Shown piece by piece: positions 35,872 to 45,100 of a DNA stretch of 64,000 nt. The notes under the pieces were generated by a model. The model made no database searches. It saw only the letters and a program-made list of their open reading frames with translations, and was not told the origin of the DNA. The stretch covers positions 1,294 to 65,293 of the forward strand of contig CADBYZ010000004.1 of assembly GCA_902799075.1 (NCBI GenBank). The letters are read 5' to 3'. The stretch comes from Oscillospiraceae bacterium (GTDB lineage Bacteria > Bacillota > Clostridia > Oscillospirales > Oscillospiraceae). Each line of letters starts with the position of its first letter. Position 1 is the stretch's first letter. Both the position numbers and the translations under genes were made by a program.

Positions 35872-37308
35872 ATGGCGAAAGACAAGAAAGTCGAGCAGAT
35901 CACCGATATGGAGGTCGATTTTGCCCAGTGGTATACCGATATCTGCCGCAAGGCGGAGCTGGTGGAGTATGCCTCCGTCAAGGGCTTTACGATCCTGCGC
36001 CCCTATGGCTACGCCATTTGGGAGAATATGCAGCAGATCATGGACGCGGAGTTTAAAAAGACCGGGCACGTCAATGTGGCCATGCCGGTGCTGATCCCGG
36101 AGAGCCTGCTGAAAAAAGAGGGCGAGCTCGTCAACGGCTTTGCGCCCGAGGTCGCCTGGGTCACCATGGGCGGCAGCGAGCAGCTCGAGGAGCGCCTTGC
36201 CTTCCGTCCCACCTCCGAGACCATGTTCTGCGACCACTGGTCCCGCGTGCTGCACTCCTACCGGGAGCTGCCCATGCTCTATAATCAGTGGTGCTCCGTC
36301 ATCCGCTGGGAGAAGACCACCCGCCCCTTCCTGCGCTCGCGCGAGTTCTGGTGGCAGGAAGGCCACACCATCCACGAGACCGCCGAAGAGGCGAAAGCCG
36401 AGACCGAGCAGCAGCTCAACTGCTACGCCGATTTCTTTGAAAAGGTCCTCGCCATCCCCGTGGTGCGCGGCAGAAAGACCGACAAGGAGAAGTTTGCGGG
36501 CGCTGAGGCCACCTACACGGTCGAGTGCATGATGAAGGACCGCAAGGCCCTGCAGGGCGCGACCTCCCACTACTTCGGCGACAAGTTCTCGCGTGCCTAC
36601 AACGTGACCTTCACCGGGCGCGACAACAAGCTGCAGTACCCGTTCCAGACCTCCTGGGGCTCCACGACCCGCATGATCGGCGCGGTCATCATGGCCCACG
36701 GCGACAACAACGGCCTGGTCCTGCCCCCGATGGTGGCCCCCATCCAGGTGGTGGTCGTACCCGTGGCCCAGCACAAGCCGGGCGTTCTCGAGAAGGCAAA
36801 CGAGCTGTATGAGGCCCTCAAGGCCGCAGGCATCCGCGTCAGGCTCGACGACAGCGACAACAGCCTCGGCTGGAAGTGCGCCCAGTACGAGATGAAGGGC
36901 GTGCCGCTGCGTGTGGAGCTGGGCCCCAAGGATATCGAAAACGGCGTGTGCGTGGCGGTGCGCCGCGACAGCGGCGAGAAGACCCAGGTCAAGCTCGAAG
37001 AGCTGACCGCGAAGGTGCCGGAGCTTCTGGCTGCGGTGCAGCAGGGGCTTTATGACAAGGCCAAAAAGAACCTGGACGAGCACATCTACGCGGCCCACTC
37101 CGTGGAGGAAGCCAGGGAACTGCAGGAGAAGAACGGCGGCTTCATCAAGACCATGTGGTGCGGCGATGTGGAATGCGAGCTTAAGATGAAGGAGCAGGCG
37201 GGCATGTCCTCCCGCTGCATCCCCTTCAAGCAGGAGAAGCTGGACGAGGTCTGCGCCTGCTGCGGCAAACCGGCCAAGCACATGATCTTCTGGGGCGTTG
37301 CCTATTAA
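35872..37308 (+). CDS. proS: proline--tRNA ligase (archaeal/eukaryote-like type with C-terminal Zn-binding domain)
   Basis: Trimmed to MAKDKKVEQITD (ATG at 35872, GAGAGG upstream). FAQWYTDICRKAELVEY, class II motifs, and a C-terminal end CACCGKPAKHMIFWGVAY. Confidence 0.95.
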   Translation: MAKDKKVEQITDMEVDFAQWYTDICRKAELVEYASVKGFTILRPYGYAIWENMQQIMDAEFKKTGHVNVAMPVLIPESLLKKEGELVNGFAPEVAWVTMGGSEQLEERLAFRPTSETMFCDHWSRVLHSYRELPMLYNQWCSVIRWEKTTRPFLRSREFWWQEGHTIHETAEEAKAETEQQLNCYADFFEKVLAIPVVRGRKTDKEKFAGAEATYTVECMMKDRKALQGATSHYFGDKFSRAYNVTFTGRDNKLQYPFQTSWGSTTRMIGAVIMAHGDNNGLVLPPMVAPIQVVVVPVAQHKPGVLEKANELYEALKAAGIRVRLDDSDNSLGWKCAQYEMKGVPLRVELGPKDIENGVCVAVRRDSGEKTQVKLEELTAKVPELLAAVQQGLYDKAKKNLDEHIYAAHSVEEARELQEKNGGFIKTMWCGDVECELKMKEQAGMSSRCIPFKQEKLDEVCACCGKPAKHMIFWGVAY

Positions 37309-37321
37309 GTGAAACTTTCAG

Positions 37322-37353
37322 GAATGCGCGGCGAAAGCTGCGCATTCTTTTTT
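37322..37353 (+). terminator. proS intrinsic terminator
   Basis: Stem GAATGCGC-ggcgaaagct-GCGCATTC followed by TTTTTTG. Confidence 0.75.
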
Positions 37354-37375
37354 GCCTTCCCCTCAAGGGGAAGGC
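37354..37375. repeat. family C hairpin module, copy C1
   Basis: GCCTTCCCCT-ca-AGGGGAAGGC palindrome. The same module occurs at 42143-42162, 47322-47342 and 55552-55573 (variant). Confidence 0.7.
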
Positions 37376-37424
37376 AAGGACCGCGGGAGCCCTGTTTTCC
37401 CCAAAAGGGGAGGCAGGTTTTAAA

Positions 37425-37466
37425 ACCGAAAAGAGCCCGTCCCTTTTGGGGACAGGCTCGTTTCGG
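37425..37466. terminator. bidirectional terminator (rpmB side)
   Basis: ACCGAAAAGAGCCCGTCCC-tttt-GGGGACAGGCTCGTTTCGGT, flanked by an A-run and a T-run. Confidence 0.75.
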
Positions 37467-37478
37467 TAATTATTTGAA

Positions 37479-37643
37479 TTACACAGCGCGGGTGACCTTG
37501 CCGCTGCGCAGGCAGCGGGTGCACACGTAGACGTGCTTGGGAGAGCCGTCGACGATGGCCTTGACGCGCTTCACGTTGGGCTTCCAGGTACGGTTGGAAC
37601 GTCTGTGAGAGTGGCTGACGTCGCAGAATTCGCACTTCGCCAT
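37479..37643 (-). CDS. rpmB: 50S ribosomal protein L28
   Basis: Trimmed to MAKCEFCDVSHSHRRSNRTWKPNVKRV (ATG at 37643), with GGAGG upstream. Confidence 0.93.
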   Translation of the reverse strand: MAKCEFCDVSHSHRRSNRTWKPNVKRVKAIVDGSPKHVYVCTRCLRSGKVTRAV

Positions 37644-37790
37644 GGATGAAGCACCTCCTTGCATGTGTTGGCTGTCAGGCAGACAGCTCATTTATAATAG
37701 CAGATGGTCCGGGTAAATGCAAGGAAAATTTTGCAGTTTGCCAGAAAAAGTTTTTTCATGCGGTCAACGCCCGGATGTGTGGAAAAGAGC

Positions 37791-37819
37791 TTGCCAAATT
37801 CACTGAAAATGGGTAAAAT
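37791..37819 (+). promoter_or_regulatory. sigma-A-type promoter of hprK
   Basis: TTGCCA, 17-nt spacer, TAAAAT. Confidence 0.55.
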
Positions 37820-37841
37820 GGAGGATACGATCATAACAGAC

Positions 37842-37883
37842 ATTTCTCAGAAAGGGTAAGCGATTTCTCAGAAAGGGTAAGCG
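37842..37883 (+). repeat. perfect 2 x 21-bp tandem duplication in the hprK 5' UTR
   Basis: ATTTCTCAGAAAGGGTAAGCG occurs twice head-to-tail, ending 9 nt before the hprK ATG. Confidence 0.9.
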
Positions 37884-37892
37884 TGAACGACT

Positions 37893-38834
37893 ATGCGCAG
37901 CAAGTATTCCGTCAAGCTCAAGAAGCTCGTGGAGGAGCACGGCGGGCTCGAGCCGCTCAACCTCTCCTCCGACTACGAGGAGGCACTGATCTCCAACTCC
38001 GACGTCAACCGCCCCGCCATGCAGCTGACCGGCTTTTACAACTACTTCGACCCCACCCGCATCCAGATCATGGGCCGGGTCGAGAGCACCTACCTCGACA
38101 CCCTCTCCCCCGAGGAGCGGCTCAAGACCTTCGAGCGCTTCATGGAGCATGAGATCGCGGCGCTGGTGATCTGCCACGGCGTGTCCGCGTTTTCCGAGTG
38201 CATCGAGATGGCCCGCAAATATGACCGCAACGTCTTCATCACCGACGAGGACACCTCGGCCTTCCAGGCGGACCTGATCCACTCGCTGCAGAAATACCTC
38301 GCCCCACGCGTGACCGTGCACGGCGTGCTGGTGGAGATCTACGGCGAGGGCATCCTGCTCATGGGCGACAGCGGCATCGGCAAGAGCGAGACGGCCCTGG
38401 AGCTCATCAAGCGCGGCCACCGCCTTATCGCCGACGACGCGGTGGAGATCCGGCGCGTCAGCCGCCATTCGCTCATCGGCAGCGCACCCGAGCTCATAAG
38501 ATATTATATGGAGCTTCGAGGCATCGGCGTGGTCAACGTCAAGCATCTGTTCGGCATGGGCGCCGTCAAGCCCCAGAGCAACGTGGATCTGGTCATCATG
38601 ATGGAGCCCTGGGACAACACCAAAGCCTATGACCGTCTGGGCCTGAGCAGCGAGACGGCGAGCTTCGTCGGCGTGGAGATCCCGCAGGTCACGATCCCGG
38701 TGCGGCCCGGGCGCAACCTCGCCGTCATCATGGAGCTTGCCGCCATGAACAACCGCCAGAAGAAGATGGGCTACAACGCCGCCGAAGCGCTGGCGATGGA
38801 GCACGACATGGCGATCGACGCGGGGTTACTTTGA
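37893..38834 (+). CDS. hprK: HPr kinase/phosphorylase
   Basis: Walker A LLMGDSGIGKSETALELIKRGHRLIADD. 313 aa. Confidence 0.93.
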   Translation: MRSKYSVKLKKLVEEHGGLEPLNLSSDYEEALISNSDVNRPAMQLTGFYNYFDPTRIQIMGRVESTYLDTLSPEERLKTFERFMEHEIAALVICHGVSAFSECIEMARKYDRNVFITDEDTSAFQADLIHSLQKYLAPRVTVHGVLVEIYGEGILLMGDSGIGKSETALELIKRGHRLIADDAVEIRRVSRHSLIGSAPELIRYYMELRGIGVVNVKHLFGMGAVKPQSNVDLVIMMEPWDNTKAYDRLGLSSETASFVGVEIPQVTIPVRPGRNLAVIMELAAMNNRQKKMGYNAAEALAMEHDMAIDAGLL

Positions 38835-39011
38835 GTCAAATGCGAGCAATGCTCGCATTTGAGAGACTCGCATTTATCGCACGCGGCGGTGCGTGACACG
38901 CCGCGTTTGGTCGATGCGAGGCCTCGCTAAGCTCGGCTTATGGTGTGTTTGAGGAAGCAAAGCTCCCTCAAACACGATTTGTATTTATTTAGTAAGTATT
39001 TGGAGATTTCT

Positions 39012-40007
39012 ATGGAACAGCTGGAACTTGCGATTCAGGAGATCAAAAAGGAGATGCCGGGGCTGGAGCTCAAGGAAAACGAGCCCATGAGCGGCCATTG
39101 CTCCTTCCGTATCGGAGGGCCCGTTCGGGCGCTGGCCGCGCCGCAGGACGTGACGGGACTGACAAGGCTCTGCTACCTGCTCAAAAAGCACGAGCTCGCC
39201 CCCTACATTCTCGGCAACGGCACCAACATCCTCTTCCCCGACGAGGGCTTGAAGGATCTCTTCATCATCTCCACCGAGAAGCTGACAAAGATGTTCCTGC
39301 TGCCGGACGGCGCGATCTACGCCGAGGCGGGGGTCTCGCTTTCCAGGCTCGCAAGCTTCGCGCAGCAAAACGGCCTGACGGGGCTGGAGTTCGCCTCCGG
39401 CATCCCCGGCAGCGTGGGCGGCGGTCTGATGATGAACGCGGGGGCCTACGGCGGGGAGCTCAAGGATGCGGCGGAGAGCGTGGTCATCCACTTTCTGCCC
39501 GAGCAGGCGCTGTATGAACTCACAAACGAGCAGTGCGCCTTCGGCTACCGTTCAAGCTTTTTCCAGAAGATGCCGGGCTGCGTGATTTTAAGCGGGGTGT
39601 TCCGCCTTCAAAAGGGCGAGCCTGAAGAAATTGCCGGGAAAATGCGCGAGCTCAACGCCAAACGCCGCGAGAAGCAGCCGCTGGACCTCCCCTCCGCGGG
39701 CAGCGCCTTCAAGCGCCCCGAGGGCGGCTTCGCCGCCGCGCTCATCGACGAGGCCGGCTTAAAGGGCTATACCGTGGGCGGGGCGCAGGTGTCGGAAAAG
39801 CACGCGGGCTTTGTGGTCAATGCAGGCTCCGCCACGTCCCACGATGTGTACGATCTCATGATGCACATACGCCGCACGGTCTGGGAGCACAGCAAGGTCG
39901 CGCTCGAGCCGGAGATGATCATCCTCCCGCCGGACTACAAGCTTGAGGATCACGGCCCCCAGGTCCCGCTGCACCGGGTATGGGGCGTTGGAGAAAGTGA
40001 AGAGTGA
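39012..40007 (+). CDS. murB: UDP-N-acetylenolpyruvoylglucosamine reductase
   Basis: Trimmed to MEQLELAIQE (ATG at 39012, GGAGA upstream). FRIGGPVRAL, GNGTNILF, AGSAFKRP. Confidence 0.92.
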   Translation: MEQLELAIQEIKKEMPGLELKENEPMSGHCSFRIGGPVRALAAPQDVTGLTRLCYLLKKHELAPYILGNGTNILFPDEGLKDLFIISTEKLTKMFLLPDGAIYAEAGVSLSRLASFAQQNGLTGLEFASGIPGSVGGGLMMNAGAYGGELKDAAESVVIHFLPEQALYELTNEQCAFGYRSSFFQKMPGCVILSGVFRLQKGEPEEIAGKMRELNAKRREKQPLDLPSAGSAFKRPEGGFAAALIDEAGLKGYTVGGAQVSEKHAGFVVNAGSATSHDVYDLMMHIRRTVWEHSKVALEPEMIILPPDYKLEDHGPQVPLHRVWGVGESEE

Positions 40008-40105
40008 AAAGTGGAAAGTGAAGTGAAGGTGTGCCTTCGGCACTTTAAAATTGTCCGCAAAGCGGACACCATATCTCCACTTTTCACTTTCCACTTTACA
40101 CTTTC
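39993..40105 (+). repeat. family A element, copy A4 (variant arms, overlaps the murB 3' end)
   Basis: Arms GAAAGTGAAGAGTGAAAAGTGGAAAGTGAAGTGAAGG / CTCCACTTTTCACTTTCCACTTTACACTTTC. The core GGTGTGCCTTCGGCAC..AATTGTCCGCAAAGCGGACACC is shared with A3. Confidence 0.75.
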
Positions 40106-40124
40106 AAAGAGATAGAGGTGACAT

Positions 40125-40982
40125 ATGGATTTCTTGATCATAACCGGTCTTTCCGGCGCGGGGAAGAGTCGCGCGGCGGACGTTCTGGAGGACCTGGACT
40201 ACTACTGCGTGGATAACCTGCCGGTGGCGCTGATGCCGAAGTTTGCCGAGCTGTGCATCGCGACCGGCGGCCGCTATGAAAAGGTCGCGCTGGTGACAGA
40301 TGTGCGCGCCAAAAACGGCTTTGACGAGCTGCTGAAAACGCTTGACCAGCTCAAGGACATGAACTGCGCCTGCCGCATCCTGTACATGGACGCGGACGTG
40401 CCCACCATCGTCAAGCGCTACAAGGAGACGCGAAGGCCCCACCCGCTGGCCAAACGCGGCGGCAGCATCGAGGAGGCCGTCTACCAGGAGATGGACCTGC
40501 TGGCCCCCATCCGGGAACGGGCGGACTTTATCGTCAACAGCTCCAATCTCACGCTGGGGCAGCTGCAGAGCAGGCTCTTTGAGCTCATTGCCCCCTCGGG
40601 CGCCAAGCGGCAGCTCGAGGTCACGGTGGAGGCCTTCGGCTTTAAACACGGCATCCCGCTCGACGCCGATCTCGTGTTCGATGTGCGCTTTCTCCCGAAC
40701 CCCTATTACCTCGAGGAGCTGCGCCCGCTCACCGGCCTTGACAGGCCCGTGGCCCAGTATGTTTTCGACAGCAACGACGCCCGCAGCTTCATGGCGAAGG
40801 TGGAGGACTTGCTGGACTTTCTGCTGCCGCTTTACGTGGAGGAGGGCAAGCTGAGCCTGCTCGTCGCCGTGGGCTGCACCGGCGGGCGGCACCGCAGCGT
40901 CGCCATTGCGGCCGCGCTGACCGAGTATCTCAAGGCCAAGGGCATCAACGCCGAGAACGTCAACCGCGACATCAAGAAGTAG
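40125..40982 (+). CDS. rapZ: RNase adapter protein RapZ (YvcJ)
   Basis: IITGLSGAGKS and C-terminal GCTGGRHRSV. Confidence 0.92.
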   Translation: MDFLIITGLSGAGKSRAADVLEDLDYYCVDNLPVALMPKFAELCIATGGRYEKVALVTDVRAKNGFDELLKTLDQLKDMNCACRILYMDADVPTIVKRYKETRRPHPLAKRGGSIEEAVYQEMDLLAPIRERADFIVNSSNLTLGQLQSRLFELIAPSGAKRQLEVTVEAFGFKHGIPLDADLVFDVRFLPNPYYLEELRPLTGLDRPVAQYVFDSNDARSFMAKVEDLLDFLLPLYVEEGKLSLLVAVGCTGGRHRSVAIAAALTEYLKAKGINAENVNRDIKK

Positions 40983-40989
40983 GTACGCC

Positions 40990-41892
40990 ATGTCATTTTC
41001 ATCCGATGCCAAGCGCGAGCTCTGCCGGGACCGGCTGGAGCGCCGCGACGCCGCCGTGGCCGAGTGCTACGGCGTGCTGCTGTACTGCCACAGCTTTGAC
41101 GCGCGCGAGGTGCGCATCATCACCGCGAGCCCCGACTTTGCCCAGCGCCTGCCGAAGCTTTTCAAACGCGCCTTCTCCCTTACGTTCGACCAGCTCCCGC
41201 CCGAAGGGGCAGCGGGCAAGCAGAGCTTTGCCGTCACCGCCCCCAAGAAGCTGGCACAGATCTTTGACGCCTTCGGCGCGGAGATCGGCGGCACCCTCTC
41301 CCACCATGTCAATTTCGGCGTACTGGAGGACGAGAGCTGCCGCGCGGCCTTCATACGGGGCGCCTTCCTCGCGGGCGGCAGCGTCACCGATCCCGAGAAG
41401 CGCTACCACCTGGAGCTTGCCACCGCCCACCAGAGCGTGAGCCGCGAGGTATACACGCTGCTTTTAGACATGGGCTTTTCCCCGCGCGAGACGAAGCGGG
41501 CGGGCAACGCGCTGTTATACTTCAAGCAGGCCGACGCCATCGCCGACTTCTTCACCGCCATCGGCGCGCCGAGCACCGCCATGGGCGTCATGACCGCCAA
41601 GGTGGAAAAGGAGATGCGCAACACCGTCACCCGGCAGATCAACTGCGACAGCGCAAACGCGGACAAAACCGTCGCCGCCGCCCAGGAGCAGCTTGCCGCC
41701 ATCCGCCGCATTGTCAAGGACTACGGCAGTCTCGACGTACTGCCGGAGACGCTCAAGGACGCAGCGCTGCTGCGTATCACGAACCCCGAGGCAAGTTTGG
41801 CCGACCTTGCCGAGCTGAGCTTCCCCAAGGTCAGCAAGAGCTGTCTGAGCCACAGATTGAAAAAGCTCATGAACTATACGCCGGAGACGTGA
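40990..41892 (+). CDS. whiA: DNA-binding protein WhiA
   Basis: MSFSSDAKRELC N-terminus, LAGLIDADG-like middle region, C-terminal HTH (CLSHRLKKL). Confidence 0.9.
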   Translation: MSFSSDAKRELCRDRLERRDAAVAECYGVLLYCHSFDAREVRIITASPDFAQRLPKLFKRAFSLTFDQLPPEGAAGKQSFAVTAPKKLAQIFDAFGAEIGGTLSHHVNFGVLEDESCRAAFIRGAFLAGGSVTDPEKRYHLELATAHQSVSREVYTLLLDMGFSPRETKRAGNALLYFKQADAIADFFTAIGAPSTAMGVMTAKVEKEMRNTVTRQINCDSANADKTVAAAQEQLAAIRRIVKDYGSLDVLPETLKDAALLRITNPEASLADLAELSFPKVSKSCLSHRLKKLMNYTPET

Positions 41893-42163
41893 TCCCTTGC
41901 CTTCCCCTTGAGGACTTATGCGAAGCAAAAAGCTGCCGGGGGCAGGTTTTTGCCGCAGAAGAGGCCCGCAGGGAAGGTGGATCGCCCCGATCCCCCGCGA
42001 GGGGCGAGACGGATGAGGTGTCACCCTTGCCGACGGTACAATGCCGCCCAGAGGTGGTGACTTTCACCTCATCCGCCCCAGTGTGAGCAGAAGGTGAATT
42101 GCCCCGAAGGGGCAAGAGAAGCCGGCCTGGGCCGCTGGGGCACCTTCCCCTCAAGGGGAAGGC
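41893..42163. repeat. composite of family C hairpin modules (whiA-dnaE spacer)
   Basis: Contains a half module at 41898-41913, the pair GGATGAGGTG / CACCTCATCC, the hairpin TTGCCCCGAAGGGGCAA, and a full module CCTTCCCCTCAAGGGGAAGG at 42143-42162. It shares ACCTCATCCGCCCCAGTG..CTGGGGCACCTTC with 55519-55573. Confidence 0.7.
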
Positions 42164-42194
42164 ATTTATGCTATACGACCAAAGGAGACAAGCC

Positions 42195-45100
42195 ATGGCC
42201 TTTGTGCATTTACATGTTCACAGCGAGTACAGCCTGCTCGACGGCGCGTGCCGGACGGAGAGGCTCCCTGCGCGCGCAAAGGAGCTGGGACAGACCGCCG
42301 TCGCGCTCACCGACCACGGGGTCATGTACGGGGCCGTGGCTTTCTACAAAGCCTGTGAGGCGGCGGGTGTCAAGCCCATCATCGGCTGCGAGGTCTATGT
42401 CGCCCCCCACAGCCGCACCGACCGCGTGCACGGCGTGGACAACGAGTACTCCCACCTCATCCTCCTGTGCCGCAATGAGACGGGCTACCGCAACCTCTGC
42501 TATATGGTCTCCGCCGCGTTTACCGAGGGCTTCTACGTCAAGCCCCGCATCGACTGGGCGCTGCTGCATGAGCACGCGGAGGGCCTTGTGTGCCTCTCCG
42601 GGTGCCTCGCCGGAGCCATCCCCCAGATGCTCATTCACGACGACTACGAGGGCGCGAAGGCCAAGGCGCTCGAGCTGCGGGACCTGTTCGGGAAGGAATA
42701 CTTTTTCCTTGAGATCCAGAACCACGGCATTCATGACGAGGAACGGGCCGCGCGGGGGCTCATCCGTCTGAGCCGCGAGACCGGCATTCCCCTCGCCGTC
42801 ACGAACGACGCGCACTATATCGACAAGTCCGACGCCTATTACCAGGATGTGCTCATGTGCATCCAGACCGGCAAGACCGTGGACGAGCCCAACCGCATGC
42901 GCTTTGAGACCCAGGAGTTTTACTTAAAGTCCGAGGACGAGATGCGCGCGCTGTTCCCGGAGCTGCCCGAGGCCGCCGACAACACGCAGAAAATTGCGGA
43001 CATGTGCGACTTCCACTTTGAGTTCGGCAACTACAAGCTGCCGCGCTTCAAGCTCCCCCAGGGCGAGACGGACAGCTGGGAATATCTGCGGAAGCTGTGC
43101 GAAAAGGGTTTTCAAGAGCGCTTTGCCAACAGGCCTGAGATCCACAAACAGCTTGACTATGAGCTGGACATGATCCACCGCATGGGCTTTGTGGATTACT
43201 TCCTCATCGTCTCGGACTTTATCGGCTATGCCAAGCGAAACGGCATCCCCGTCGGACCCGGACGCGGCAGCGCGGCGGGCAGCGTGGTGTCCTACTGTCT
43301 GCACATCACCGATGTGGACCCCATCAAATACAGCCTCTTCTTTGAACGCTTCTTAAACCCCGAGCGCGTCTCCATGCCGGATATCGACGTGGACTTCTGC
43401 GTCAACCGCCGGGGCGAGGTTATTGATTATGTAAACCGTCTGTACGGCCACGACCATGTGGCCCAGATCGTCGCGCGGGCCGCGATCCGCGACGTGGGCA
43501 GGGTACTGAACATGAGCTACGCCGAGACGGACGCGGTGGCAAAGCAGGTGCCCATGGCCCTCAATATGACGCTCGACGAGGCCCTGAAATTATCAAAACC
43601 CCTGCGGGACATGTATGAGGGGGACGAGAAAGTCAAGCGCCTCATCGACGTGGCCAAGGCCCTTGAGGGCATGCCGCGCCACGCCTCCACCCACGCCGCC
43701 GGGGTCGTCATCACGGACAGGCCGGTCTACGAATATGTGCCGCTGGCAATGAACGACGAGTCTGTGGTGTGCCAGTACCAGATGACGACGCTCGAGGAGC
43801 TGGGGCTTCTCAAGATGGACTTTCTGGGGCTTCGGAACCTCACGGTTTTGGACGACGCGGAGCGCCTTGTGCGCGAGAAGGAGCCGGACTTTCGCGTGGC
43901 GGACGCGCCGGTGGACGACAAGGAGACCTTCGACATGCTGGCGGCGGGCCACACCTCGGGTGTGTTTCAGCTTGAAAGCGTGGGCATGACGGGCGTCTGT
44001 ACCGGGATCAAGGCCAAGAGCATCGAGGATATCACCGCCATCATCGCCCTCTACCGCCCCGGCCCCATGGACTCCATCCCGAAGTTTATCGAATGGTCCC
44101 AGCACCCGGAGAAAATCAAATACAAGCACGAAAGCCTGCGCCCCATCCTCGCGGTCACCTACGGATGCATCGTGTACCAGGAGCAGGTCATCGAAATTTT
44201 CCGCTCCCTCGCGGGCTTTTCGCTGGGGCAGGCGGACAACATCCGCCGCGCCATGTCCAAGAAAAAGCACAAGGTCATCGACGCCGAGCGCATCGCCTTC
44301 GTCCACGGCGACGAAAAGCGCGGCATCGACGGGGCTATAAAGCGCGGCATCCCGGAGGATACGGCAAACTCCATCTATGACGAGATCCTGGACTTCGCAA
44401 GCTACGCCTTCAATAAAGCGCATGCGGTTTCCTACGCGATCGTCGTCTACCGCACGGCCTACATGAAGCGGCACTACCCCCAGCAGTACATGGCGGCGCT
44501 GCTGACCTCCATCCTCGGCAACAGCGGCAAGGTCGCGGAATACATCGCCGAGTGCCGGGAGATGGGCATCAAGCTCCTGCCGCCGGACGTGAACGCCTCG
44601 GGGGCAAACTTCACGGTGGCCGGGCAGAACATCCGCTACGGCCTCGTCGCCATCAAGGGCATCGGCTGGGGCGCCATCGACCAGATGGTGGCCGAACGCA
44701 CGGAAAACGGACCTTTTACCGATTTTGAGGACTTCTGCCGCCGCATGAACGGCAAGGAATTAAACCGTCGGGCGGTCGAAAACCTCATCAAAGCCGGGGC
44801 CTTCGACTCCATGGGCTATAAGCGCCGGGCGCTGATGCAGGTGTCAGGCGCGGTGCTGGACTCCATTGCCCAGTCGGCGCGGGACAATATCTCCGGACAG
44901 CTCGACCTCTTCGGCGACTTTAACGATGAGGGGCAGAAGGCCCCGGCGGTCATCCCTATTCCCGATGTGGAGGAATATACCCCCATGGAGAAGATGCAGA
45001 TGGAGAAGGAGACCACGGGCCTGTATTTGAGCGGTCACCCCATGGACGGCTACCGGGACGCGGTGCGGCGCATCGGCGCGGTGCCCATCGGAGCTGTGAC

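Noticed and set aside
42099-42194. N-terminal extension of dnaE (track start 42099)
   Set aside because: The extension runs through family C hairpin modules. AAGGAG plus the ATG at 42195 gives the conserved PHP-domain start MAFVHLHVHSEYS.
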